Assembly (NCBI GenBank): GCA_965219955.1
Contig: OZ244799.1
Coordinates: 480,001 to 544,000, forward strand
From: a bacterium
GTDB lineage: Bacteria > UBA8248
Length of the DNA stretch: 64,000 nt
Direction: 5' to 3'
Shown here: piece by piece, positions 1-9,150 of the stretch
Layout of the letters: each line of letters begins with the position of its first letter
Position numbering within the stretch: position 1 is the first letter of the stretch
Translations under genes and position numbers: made by a program
The notes under the pieces: model-generated
Seen by the model: the letters and a program-made list of their open reading frames with translations, nothing else
Databases searched by the model: none
What the model was told of the DNA's origin: nothing

Positions 1-366
1 GTCCCTACGGTGAACAATTCGATGATCGGGATTCCCTCCTCAAGGGGGGGAGTGATTCTTGCTCCCTCATCGGTCGCCCCAAACCCTCATCCTGAGTAGG
101 CGCGAAAGCGCCGTATCGAAGGATGGAAGGCGCAAACTTCGCCTTTCGACAGGCTCGGTACAGGCCCCTTCGATACGCCGCCTCCGGCGGCTACTCAGGG
201 TGAGGGGTATCGGGGAACGGCGGAGCCTGCCCCGAGCAAAGTCAAGGGGCCGCTACTCAGGGTGAGGCGGAGCGGCGGGTTGCTCGGGATGAGAGAGGCA
301 TTACGCGCCGGGGGGGGGAATGCGCCGCAAGCGCTATTCCCTCGGGGTCTTTTTCAACAGCCCCTC
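1..366. repeat. Composite intergenic cluster of palindromic REP/MITE-like repeats
   Basis: Contains GTCCCTAC (family A end), CCCTCAAGGGGGGAGTGA-like, CCTGAGTAG...CTACTCAGG and TTTTTCAACAGCCCC motifs that recur elsewhere in the window. Bases 1-31 are near reverse complement of ~29873-29905. Confidence 0.75.
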
Positions 367-427
367 AGGGGGAGGATAGGCATATCGGGGAAGATGCGGG
401 ACTGCAGGGGAAGTCGGGGATTCGGGC

Positions 428-1159
428 TTATACCCCGAGGTAGTATTTCTTCACGAGTTCGTGGCCGACGAGGGCTTCGGTGTTCTCGCCCGCGAAGGCG
501 ATCTCCCCGTGGACGATGATGTAGCCCCTGTCGGCTATCTTGACCGCCTGGTTGAAGTTCTGCTCGGCCATGAGGACGGTGAGCTGGTATTCTTCTTTCA
601 ACTCGCGGATCTTGGCGATCACCCGGTTCACGAGGATGGGCGCGAGACCCACCGAGGGTTCGTCCACCAGGAGCACCTTGGGCGCGGACATGAGCGCGCG
701 GGCCACGGCCAGCATCTGCTGCTCGCCCCCGCTCATGCTGCCGGCGAGCTGGTTCTTGCGCTCGGCGAGCACCGGGAAGGCCTCGAAGGAGAAGGCGAGG
801 TTTCTGTCGATGCCGCGGCGGGCTTCCTCGCGATAGGCGCCCAGGAGGAGGTTCTCCTCCACCGTCAGGCGCGGGAACAGGCGTCTGCCCTCCGGTACGA
901 GCGCCACGCCCAGGTTCACGATTTCCTCGGGGTTCCGGCCCGCCAGGTTGATTCGCTCGCCGTCGGCTTCGAGATAAATCTCGCCCTCATCGGGCTGGAT
1001 GATGCCCATGATGCACTTGATGAGGGTGCTCTTGCCGTTGCCGTTGGTGCCCAGGAGCACCACGGTCTCCCCGTCGTTCACCTCGATGGAGACTCCGTGC
1101 AGCACGCGCACTGCCCCGTAGCCCGCGGATACGTTGTCGACGACGATGCTATGCGCCAA
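428..1159 (-). CDS. livF: Branched-chain amino acid-type ABC transporter ATP-binding protein (LivF-like)
   Basis: Walker A GTNGNGKS, VPEGRRLF, MSGGEQQM, LLVDEPS. Probable TTG start at 1159 overlapping the upstream gene's stop. Confidence 0.9.
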   Translation of the reverse strand: MAHSIVVDNVSAGYGAVRVLHGVSIEVNDGETVVLLGTNGNGKSTLIKCIMGIIQPDEGEIYLEADGERINLAGRNPEEIVNLGVALVPEGRRLFPRLTVEENLLLGAYREEARRGIDRNLAFSFEAFPVLAERKNQLAGSMSGGEQQMLAVARALMSAPKVLLVDEPSVGLAPILVNRVIAKIRELKEEYQLTVLMAEQNFNQAVKIADRGYIIVHGEIAFAGENTEALVGHELVKKYYLGV

Positions 1160-1877
1160 GGTAGGCCCTTTCCACGTCCTTGTTGTTGACGATCTCATCG
1201 GGCGTCCCCTCGGCGATCTTCTCCCCGGCGTCGAGGACGACGATGCGCTCCGAGAAGTTCATGACTGCCCGCATGATGTGCTCGATCATGATGACGGTGA
1301 GGCCCTCTTCGTTCAGTCGCACGAGAATTTCGAGAATGTCGTCCACCTCGGTGTTCGAGAGACCCGCCATGGCCTCGTCCGATATGAGGAGCTTCGGCTT
1401 GGCCGCCATGGCGCGGGCGAGTTCGAGCTTTCTCAGCTCGATCTGCGTGAGCCCCCCGGTCCGCACGTCGGCTTTGTCCGCCATGCTCATGAGTTCGAGT
1501 ATCTCCATGGCCTCGCCGCGCAGCTCCACCCCGTGGGAGTGCTGGTGGGCGGCGTATTCGAGCGGGATGCAGAGGTTCTCGAGCACCGTCATGCTGACGA
1601 AGGGCTTGGGAATCTGGAAGCTGCGGGCGATGCCCAGCCGTGTTCGCTGGTAGGCGGGCATCCTGGTGATGTCATGGCCCGCGAAGACGATGTTCCCCTC
1701 GTCGTTGGCCAAAGCGCCCGAAATGCAGTTGATCATCGTCGTCTTGCCCGAGCCGTTGGGGCCGATGAGGCCGAAACGCTCGTTTTCCTTTACGTGCAGA
1801 TCGACTCTGGTGAGCGCGCTGAATCCGCCGAAGCGCTTCGTCACGCCGTTCACGTCGAGGAGGTTTTCGCTCATCAC
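1149..1877 (-). CDS. livG: ABC transporter ATP-binding protein (LivG-like)
   Basis: GPNGSGKTT, GIARSFQ, IEHIM, C-terminal AYLG. Confidence 0.9.
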   Translation of the reverse strand: MMSENLLDVNGVTKRFGGFSALTRVDLHVKENERFGLIGPNGSGKTTMINCISGALANDEGNIVFAGHDITRMPAYQRTRLGIARSFQIPKPFVSMTVLENLCIPLEYAAHQHSHGVELRGEAMEILELMSMADKADVRTGGLTQIELRKLELARAMAAKPKLLISDEAMAGLSNTEVDDILEILVRLNEEGLTVIMIEHIMRAVMNFSERIVVLDAGEKIAEGTPDEIVNNKDVERAYLGA

Positions 1878-2833
1878 GCCTCCCTCCCCGCCAGGCGCGC
1901 GCGAATCTTGCCGAACAGGCCCACGAGGCCGTCGGGCGCGAACACCACGAAGCCCACGAGCAGGCTGCCCACGATGAGCAGGTTCATCTCAGACGATAGG
2001 GTGACGGTGGCTATCTGCTGGGCCGTGCCGACGAGAACGGCGCCGACCAGCGGACCCAGCCAGGTGGTGGTTCCGCCGATCATGGGCATGGCGAGGCTGT
2101 TCACGGCGTAGTCGAGGTGAAACGCCGAGGTGGGTTCGATGTAGACGACGAAATAGGAAAACGGCGCTCCCGCGACTCCCATTAGCGCGCCGCTCACCGT
2201 GGTGGCGAACAGCTTGAGCTTGAGGATGGGCACGCCCATGCACTCGGCCGCTTCCTCGTTGTCGCGGATGGCGGCCATTCCCCGGCCTATCCAGGATTTC
2301 TCGATGAGCCAGGCGACGGCCACGGCGATCACCGCGAGCGCCGCCATGACGAAGAAGAGGAACTCGTCGTAGTTCGAGAACAGCGGCACGCTCCTGGGTT
2401 TCAGGATGGCCGTGCCCGCGCCCCCGCCCACATAGCTCCAGTTCGAGATGATCATCTGGAGCACGACAGCCAGCGCGAGGGTGGCGATGGAGAAGAAGAC
2501 GCCCCTGAGTCTCAGGGTCAGGTAGCCGATACCGAGCCCCAGAAGACCCGAGACGAGGCCGCCCGTGACGAGCAGCACGTAGAGGGGCGGCTTCCAGGTC
2601 TTGATGAGCGCCACGGCGGTGTAGGCGCCCATGGCGAAGAACGCCGCCGTGCCGAAGTTCACGTAGCCGGTGTAGCCGCCCAGGATGTTCCAGGCGGTGG
2701 CCAGGACGACGTATTGCAGCACGACGTAGGCCGCCTTGTAATAGAAGCGGTTTTCCATCTGGGTCGTGATGAGGAAGGCTCCGACGATCAGTACGGCGGC
2801 CACAATCAGGAAGAGCTTCCTTTCCTTGCTCAA
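1874..2833 (-). CDS. livM: ABC transporter permease (LivM-like)
   Basis: WNILGGYTGYVNFG, LRLRGVFFSIATL, AIRDNEEAAECMGV; multiple TM helices. Confidence 0.9.
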   Translation of the reverse strand: MSKERKLFLIVAAVLIVGAFLITTQMENRFYYKAAYVVLQYVVLATAWNILGGYTGYVNFGTAAFFAMGAYTAVALIKTWKPPLYVLLVTGGLVSGLLGLGIGYLTLRLRGVFFSIATLALAVVLQMIISNWSYVGGGAGTAILKPRSVPLFSNYDEFLFFVMAALAVIAVAVAWLIEKSWIGRGMAAIRDNEEAAECMGVPILKLKLFATTVSGALMGVAGAPFSYFVVYIEPTSAFHLDYAVNSLAMPMIGGTTTWLGPLVGAVLVGTAQQIATVTLSSEMNLLIVGSLLVGFVVFAPDGLVGLFGKIRARLAGREA

Positions 2834-2837
2834 GGAG

Positions 2838-3710
2838 CTACCTCCCGAACAGGCCGGACGGCCGGACCGCCAGGCAGATGAGCAGAATGCCGAACGAGAC
2901 GGCCAGCGCCCACGAGGGGCCGAAGAATGAAGAGGTGAAGCTCTCCGCTACGCCCAGGATGAGCCCGCCCACGAGCGTGCCCGTCATGCTGCCCAGCCCG
3001 CCGAGCACGGTGACCGCGAACACGCGGCCGATGTATTCGCGCCCGATGGTCGGCTCGACCGGACCGATGATGATGAGCAGGGAACCCGCGATCACGGCGG
3101 TGGCGATGCCGATGCCGAAGGCGACCGTCTTGATGCGGATGGGGTCGACCCCCATGAGCTGGACGGCGAGGCTGTCCTGCGCCACGCCCATGATGGCGCG
3201 GCCGAAAAAGGTTTTTGTGAGAAACAGGTAGAGGACGGCGGCGAGTATCCCCCCCACGAGGAAGGGTACGAACAGCCGGTAGGCGATTCCGATCGGGCCG
3301 ATGGAGGTGGACTGGCCGATGTAGAACGCGCGGACGAGGCGGTAGTCCACCCCGAAGGTGATGATGAGTATAACCTCGATGAGGAAAAAGAGTCCGAAGA
3401 AGAACACCAGTCCGCGCAGGGATTCCGCTCCCGTTTTTTCAAAGCTGTTGTAGTAGATTCGGTATACCGCAACCCCTACGAAATAGGCGGGAAAGGCGAA
3501 GACAACGCCTGCGAGTATCGGGTCGACTCCGAAGTGCTCGTTCACGTAGAAGGTAAGATAGGAGCCGAAAATGATGAAGGCCGGATGAGCGATGTTCACG
3601 ACGTCCAGCAAACCGAAGGAGAGCGAAAGGCCGGCGCTCATCGCTGCGTAGAAACCACCCAGCAGGAGGCCCGCAATGAGCGCGTTCAACAAGAATTCGA
3701 TGCTGAGCAT
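2838..3710 (-). CDS. livH: ABC transporter permease (LivH-like)
   Basis: GLSLSFGLLDVVNIAH, FGRAIMGVAQD, LGGLGS. Confidence 0.9.
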   Translation of the reverse strand: MLSIEFLLNALIAGLLLGGFYAAMSAGLSLSFGLLDVVNIAHPAFIIFGSYLTFYVNEHFGVDPILAGVVFAFPAYFVGVAVYRIYYNSFEKTGAESLRGLVFFFGLFFLIEVILIITFGVDYRLVRAFYIGQSTSIGPIGIAYRLFVPFLVGGILAAVLYLFLTKTFFGRAIMGVAQDSLAVQLMGVDPIRIKTVAFGIGIATAVIAGSLLIIIGPVEPTIGREYIGRVFAVTVLGGLGSMTGTLVGGLILGVAESFTSSFFGPSWALAVSFGILLICLAVRPSGLFGR

Positions 3711-3739
3711 GCGTGCTCTCCTCCCGCGAGCCGGACGCG

Positions 3740-3764
3740 GACCGGGGGGCGTCGCCCCCCGGTC
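3740..3764 (-). promoter_or_regulatory. Intercistronic stem-loop between the binding-protein and permease genes (mRNA stabiliser or attenuator)
   Basis: Perfect 11-bp stem GACCGGGGGGC-gtc-GCCCCCCGGTC. Confidence 0.55.
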
Positions 3765-3784
3765 ACGATATTATGTCCGGTTCG

Positions 3785-5044
3785 TTACTTGCCTTTCGCG
3801 TATGGGTAGATGAAGTTTCCGGACTTGAACTCCTCGGGATACACCACCACCATCTTTCCTGCTTTGCTGAACTCGCTCATCTTGTTGCTCTCGATGTTCT
3901 GGAGCTGCACCTGGAACGTCCTGGAAGTCGCCCATTCGCCGTTCTTGCCGAACTTCACGTCTCCGACCACGGTCGAATGGGTGTTGTTGCGGATGTAGGC
4001 GCCGACCTTCGCCTGATCGAAGCTCTTGGTGGCCTCGATCGCATTTCCGAGTAGTTGCACGTAGGCGTAGGCGAACGGCGGCAGGTAGTAGCCCAGCGGG
4101 TCGAGTTTCTGTTTGGGCGCTTCTTTCTGGTATTTCGCCAGGAAGGCTTCGATGCCGGGGAACTTCAGGGTCTTCTCCGGCGCCCAGAACCAGTAGTCCG
4201 TGATGCCGTTCAGCAGTTTGCCGAGGTTCATCTGGATGGCGGTGTACTGGAGTCCCACCATGCCGCCGCCGAAGAGCTTGGGTTCCAGTTTGATCTCATG
4301 TGCGGCCTTCACGATGCCCACCGAACCTCCCGGATAGGAACCCACGTAGAAGAGGTCCGGGTTCGCGGCCTTGACGGCGCGCAGAATCGGCGTGAAGTCG
4401 GTCGTGCCGGGGAAGGGGTAGCGCTTGTCGTAGACGATCTTGAAGCCGAATTTCTTCGCGTTCCGGCGGGCGCCGGCCACGGCGTTGCGCGCGAATTCCG
4501 CATCCGCCGAGAGCAGCGCGATCGTCTTGGGACGGGGCTTTTGCTTCGCTGCGAGTTCGAAGAAGCCGCGCGACCAGTCCACGATGGGGTCGGGGCCGGC
4601 CGGCATGATCTGGAAGTAGTTGTTGTATTTGAACTTCGCGTTCGCATCCAGGCCGAACAGGCCCATGAACACCATGCCGCGCTCCATCGCGATGGGCAGG
4701 GCGGGAACGATGAGGTTCGTCCCGTAGCCCGATACGATGAAGTCCACCTTGTCCACGTCGAGCAGCTTGGCGTAGATGCCCGGTACGTTGGCCGGCTTTG
4801 TCTGATCATCGTAATAGACCAGCTTGACCTTGCGGCCGAGTAGCCCGCCCTTGGCGTTCACGTCGTCGCGCCAGATCTGCATGGCCAGAAGCGCCGCCTT
4901 GCCCGCGGGGCCGAGCGGTCCTGTCAGCGCCATGCTGAAGCCGATTTTCACTTCCTTGGCCGCATGCGCCGCGGGCGTGAAGGCGATGCTCACCGCGAGG
5001 AGCAGCGCAAACCCGAGAATGACGTGCCTGATTATCCTGCCCAT
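3785..5044 (-). CDS. Amino-acid ABC transporter periplasmic substrate-binding protein (LivK/PBP1 family)
   Basis: Signal peptide (AAHA-A), KIGFSMALTG, NAKGGLLGRKVKLVYYDD. ATG at 5044 follows a GAGAGGGAG RBS. Confidence 0.9.
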   Translation of the reverse strand: MGRIIRHVILGFALLLAVSIAFTPAAHAAKEVKIGFSMALTGPLGPAGKAALLAMQIWRDDVNAKGGLLGRKVKLVYYDDQTKPANVPGIYAKLLDVDKVDFIVSGYGTNLIVPALPIAMERGMVFMGLFGLDANAKFKYNNYFQIMPAGPDPIVDWSRGFFELAAKQKPRPKTIALLSADAEFARNAVAGARRNAKKFGFKIVYDKRYPFPGTTDFTPILRAVKAANPDLFYVGSYPGGSVGIVKAAHEIKLEPKLFGGGMVGLQYTAIQMNLGKLLNGITDYWFWAPEKTLKFPGIEAFLAKYQKEAPKQKLDPLGYYLPPFAYAYVQLLGNAIEATKSFDQAKVGAYIRNNTHSTVVGDVKFGKNGEWATSRTFQVQLQNIESNKMSEFSKAGKMVVVYPEEFKSGNFIYPYAKGK

Positions 5045-5331
5045 TTTTTTCTCCCTCTCGATTTCAACTAAAGAGCCTTGGTTTCGAGACGCCACACCGC
5101 ACGAGGCGCGGCAACAAATTCACATTTCCATTTCATTGATTCGGCGGCGAAATTTACCACAAAACAATCCGCTTCACAATAACTCAAAAATCATAACGGG
5201 ATTTCAGGGAGAAAGTACGGGTGAAGAGGAGCAGTCCTTTCGAGCAGGTGCGAGGGATCAACTCGGGAGAGCCAGCGCACCACTGAACGGTGAAATGCCT
5301 GGGATAGTACGTCTAATGTTGACTTGCCGCC

Positions 5332-6609
5332 TTACGCCTTCACCCTCTCATTCGCGAGATGCGCGATGGCGGAGGCGAGGATTTCCGCACCTTTCACCAT
5401 GTCGTCAAAGTGCGTGAACTCCTCAGGCGTGTGCGAGAGCCCGTCCACCGAGGGGATGAACACCATGCCCATCGGGCAAATCGCCGCCATGCGGCAGGCG
5501 TCGTGCACGCCGCCGCTCGAGAGCGTGAGCGAAGCGTGGCCCGTCTCTTCGGAAGCGCGCCGGAGCGCCTTTTGAATGTTATTGGACGCGGGGCATACGG
5601 CCAGTTTCTTCACGTCGGAGAGGCGGCCCAGAACGCCGCGTTCCTTCTCGATGGCGGCGAGCGTCTTTTCCATGCGAGAGAGAGTGCGCTCCATCACCGC
5701 CTGGCTCCTGCTCCTGAGATCAAAGGAAAGCCTCGCGCCTCCGGGCACGATGGACACCCACCCCGGGAGCGCCTCCATCTCGCCGAAGGTGATCGTCAGC
5801 CGCTGGGAGTCGGGCGCGCGGTTCACGAGAGTTTCCATGCGCACCATGAAGTCCGCCGCCGCGATGCCGGCGTCTTTTCGGTAGGGCATGGGCTGTCCGC
5901 CCGAGTGCGCCGTGACGCCGGTAAAATGCACCTCGCCCCTCGTGTATCCCACCACCCTGTCCACGATGCCGATGGGCACCTCGGCCGATTCGAGCACCGG
6001 CCCCTGTTCGATGTGAAGCTCGAGAAATGCCTTGAGCGAACCATCCTTAATGCGGCATGAGCGAACACGCGCGGGATTGCCTCCCACCGCCTCGATGGCC
6101 TCATACAGCGATTTTCCGGTGGGCGGATGCACCGTGTTCTTCAAGTCCTTCACGCCCACGACGCCCGTGGCGACGCTGCTGCCGAACACCGTCATCCCGC
6201 AGGCGGATTCCTCCCCGATGAAGGCCACTATCTCGATGGGGTGATCGTGGTCGAGTCCCGTTTCCTCGATGCGCCGGAACGCTTCGAGAGCAGTGAGAAC
6301 GCCCGCGGGTCCGTCGAATCGCCCGCCCGGGCTTTGGGAATCGAGGTGAGAACCCGCCATCACGGCGGGAAGCCCGCGCACGCGGCCCTCTTTTCTTCCG
6401 TATAGATTCCCCACGGCGTCGACGCGCGTTGCGAGGCCCGCCGCCTTCATCCAGTCCTCTGCGAGGTCTCGCACTTCGTTGTAGACCGGTGTGAAGGCCA
6501 CGCGGTCGAGGCCCGTTTTTCCGAATTTGCCGATCTTCGCCTGGGCGTTGAACTCACGCCTCATGCGGGCGCGGTTCGCGCGGAAGGGGAACGTGTCTTT
6601 TGAGGGCAT
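5332..6609 (-). CDS. Zn-dependent M20 amidohydrolase (allantoate amidohydrolase / N-carbamoyl-L-amino acid hydrolase family)
   Basis: GSHLDS, GRFDG, GEE, ELHIEQGPVLE, SGGVHDA, GLSHTPEE. Confidence 0.9.
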   Translation of the reverse strand: MPSKDTFPFRANRARMRREFNAQAKIGKFGKTGLDRVAFTPVYNEVRDLAEDWMKAAGLATRVDAVGNLYGRKEGRVRGLPAVMAGSHLDSQSPGGRFDGPAGVLTALEAFRRIEETGLDHDHPIEIVAFIGEESACGMTVFGSSVATGVVGVKDLKNTVHPPTGKSLYEAIEAVGGNPARVRSCRIKDGSLKAFLELHIEQGPVLESAEVPIGIVDRVVGYTRGEVHFTGVTAHSGGQPMPYRKDAGIAAADFMVRMETLVNRAPDSQRLTITFGEMEALPGWVSIVPGGARLSFDLRSRSQAVMERTLSRMEKTLAAIEKERGVLGRLSDVKKLAVCPASNNIQKALRRASEETGHASLTLSSGGVHDACRMAAICPMGMVFIPSVDGLSHTPEEFTHFDDMVKGAEILASAIAHLANERVKA

Positions 6610-6639
6610 CAGACGGTCTCCTGGAAATAGAAACTTGAA

Positions 6640-7392
6640 CTAAAAGAGATCCTTGGGCACGGGCACTTCTTCGTAGTCCTCGGGCCTGAGCGGATTTTCC
6701 GGCTCCATCTCCAGCATCCCGAAATAGTGGTAGGTTTGCCGAAGATGCTGAAAGGCGTGTCCCAGGGAGAGGATCATCAACTCATGGACGGTGATGGGCC
6801 CCATGTAGCTCGATACTTTCGTCGCCAGCGCCTCGCCGCCGTCCGTGAGGAATTCGGTGAGCTTGCCCTGTATTTCATCTCCGTAGGCGCAGATGTCTTC
6901 GGTGGTATCGTAATCGTTCGCCATCGTTTCATACCGCCGCACCATTTCCTCGGTGTATTCCCCTGATGCGTGGGCCTGCATCACCAGGTCCGGACGTTCG
7001 AAGCTGTGCCAGGTGAGTTGGCGAAGCGAGCGGGGCCTGCCCGGAGATATCCAGTCGAGGGTTTCGTGTGGTATCTGGCGGACCACGCGGCGCAGGGCGT
7101 CGAAGACCATCTCGAAGTAGTGGAGCATTTTTTCGGACGAGAGGGGGCCTGCGCCTTCCCCTTCGATGTCGAAAGCCTCGCGAAGCGCATCCACGTCATA
7201 GCCCACTACTACGTTCTCTCCGCGCACGGCGACGGGCAGGGACTTGATGCCGAGCGCCTTTAGTTCCGCTTGGGCCTCTGCGTCGTTCGTGCAGTCTCTG
7301 TTGACGACTTCCAGACCGCTGGACGAGAGAAACTCTCTCGTAAGGGCGCAGGTGTATCACCCGTGGCGCGTATAGACTTTGACGGCTTCCAT
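6640..7392 (-). CDS. Probable selenoprotein: glutaredoxin/NrdH-like domain (U-Y-T-C) fused to a DinB-family domain, 250 aa
   Basis: ATG 7392 with GGGAG RBS reads MEAVKVYTRHG-TGA-YTCALTREFL...KSLPVAV...VVGYD, in frame into the DinB ORF (WHSFERP, HAFQHLRQ). The TGA at 7357-7359 sits at the first Cys position of the Grx CxxC. Confidence 0.8.
7323..7341 (-). promoter_or_regulatory. Putative bacterial SECIS hairpin
   Basis: mRNA ACGAGAG-AGUUU-CUCUCGU; the stem starts 15 nt after the UGA and has G in the apical loop. Confidence 0.65.
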
Positions 7393-7568
7393 CGCTTTTC
7401 TCCCAAATGAGCACGTAAGTAATTTCGGTTTGTGGCTGAAGCATAGCAAAACGATGGATATGAGAAAAACTGCCTCGTGCGCTTTGGCGAAAAAGGCCGC
7501 GTGTTTTACTATCCCGAAATCAAGGCGCGCGCGGTTTGACGTTTTTGGTTTTGAACAGCGAGACTCCG

Positions 7569-9095
7569 ATGTCCAAGTGGTTCGTGAAGGGTGATGTCGA
7601 CGGCTTCTTCGGCCTGTGGATGGATAACCTCATCAACCTTCTCCTCATCGTGAGCTTCTTGAAAGGGTTGTTGGGTTTTTCCGATTCGCTTATCTTCGGG
7701 CGCGTTTTGCCCGCCGCGGCGCTTAGCCTTCTGGGCGGCAACCTTTTCTACACCTGGCAGGCACGGCGTCTGGCCGAACGCGAGGGCCGCGACGACGTGA
7801 CCGCCATGCCGTACGGTCTCAACACGGTGACGCTTTTCGCGTTCATCTTTTTTGTCATGCTTCCCGTGAAGCTCAAGACCGGAAGCGCCGATGCGGCATG
7901 GAAGGCCGGGCTGGCGGCCTGTTTCGTGAGCGGGGTGATCGAGACCGTCGGCTCGCTGGTGGGCGGGTGGATCAGGCGGGTCGCGCCGAGGGCCGCGTTG
8001 CTATCGGCTCTGGGGGGCATCGCGCTCACGTTCATCTCCATGGATTTCGCGTTCAGAATCTGGGAGAACCCGCTCCTCTCCATGGTGCCTCTGGGAATCA
8101 TCCTCGTTCATTATTTCGGCGGATTCAGATTTCCCTTCGGTGTGCCGGGAGGCCTCGTTGCAGTGGCTGTGGGAGTGGTGCTGTCCGCCGTCATCAGAGG
8201 ATTTCCGGGCGGAATCCCCGCGCCTGTAGGGCTGGCGCTCCCATCTTCCGCCCTCGGCCCTTTGTCCGATGCTCTTTTTGGTCCGCTGGCGTGGGATTAT
8301 CTCGCGGTCTCCATCCCCATGGGCCTGATGACCCTGGTGGGCAGCCTGATGTGCCTGGAGAGCGCGGCCGCCGCCGGTGACAGTTACGACACGGGTAGTT
8401 CACTGGCGGTGAACGGCGCGGGCTCACTTCTCGCGGCGTGTCTGGGGAGTTGTTTTCCCACAACGATATATATCGGGCATCCGGCCTGGAAGAAAGTCGG
8501 GGCGCGCTCAGGCTACAGCGCCTTGAACGGAACCGTGATGACGATTCTTTGCTTCACCGGCTCGATTGCCGCCCTCTCGAAGATCATTCCGAGTGAGGCG
8601 CTTTTCGCCCTCATGCTGTGGATCGGGGTGACGATGCTCACCCAGGCGTTCCAGGCCGTGCCGAAGAATCACGGGCCGGCCGTGGCCATCGGCTTGATAC
8701 CCGCCATCTCCGCATGGGGACTGTTGATGGTGGAATCTTCTCTCAGAGGGGCGGGCGCGACTTTATGGAAAGTGGGGCAGGATGCGTTCACGAAAGCGGG
8801 ATTCCACCTGGTGGGGATGATTACCCTGGAGCGGGGATTTCTTTTCACATCCATCATCATGACGGCCATGGTTGCAAAGCTGGTGGACAGGGAACCCAGG
8901 CAGGCCGCAGGCTGGGCTTTTGCCGGTGCGGTATTGAGCTGGTTCGGGATCATTCATGCCTGGCGAATCACGCCCGGGGGCGTCGTCAGCTTCTTTGGTT
9001 GGGGGGCGGCGCCCGGCATAGCTGTCGGCTATTTGCTGATGGCGGTTTTGTTTTTCTTGTTCGGGCTGAAACCCCTGGATAAGGTAACATCTTGA
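7569..9095 (+). CDS. NCS2-family (xanthine/uracil/AzgA-like) permease
   Basis: GDVDGFFGL, DDVTAMPYGLNT, FPTTIYIGHPAWKKVGARSGYS; many TM helices. Confidence 0.85.
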   Translation: MSKWFVKGDVDGFFGLWMDNLINLLLIVSFLKGLLGFSDSLIFGRVLPAAALSLLGGNLFYTWQARRLAEREGRDDVTAMPYGLNTVTLFAFIFFVMLPVKLKTGSADAAWKAGLAACFVSGVIETVGSLVGGWIRRVAPRAALLSALGGIALTFISMDFAFRIWENPLLSMVPLGIILVHYFGGFRFPFGVPGGLVAVAVGVVLSAVIRGFPGGIPAPVGLALPSSALGPLSDALFGPLAWDYLAVSIPMGLMTLVGSLMCLESAAAAGDSYDTGSSLAVNGAGSLLAACLGSCFPTTIYIGHPAWKKVGARSGYSALNGTVMTILCFTGSIAALSKIIPSEALFALMLWIGVTMLTQAFQAVPKNHGPAVAIGLIPAISAWGLLMVESSLRGAGATLWKVGQDAFTKAGFHLVGMITLERGFLFTSIIMTAMVAKLVDREPRQAAGWAFAGAVLSWFGIIHAWRITPGGVVSFFGWGAAPGIAVGYLLMAVLFFLFGLKPLDKVTS

Positions 9096-9150
9096 GTGGA
9101 CTGGTCTGCGTTCGTTGCGGAAGAGACGCATTTCGTCGTCTGGAGAGGAT

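Noticed and set aside
5210-5330. Possible riboswitch or ncRNA between the hydrolase and the ABC operon (GGTGCG...CGCACC stem)
   Set aside because: Only fragmentary resemblance to known families, and on the strand opposite the downstream gene. An Rfam/Infernal scan would decide.
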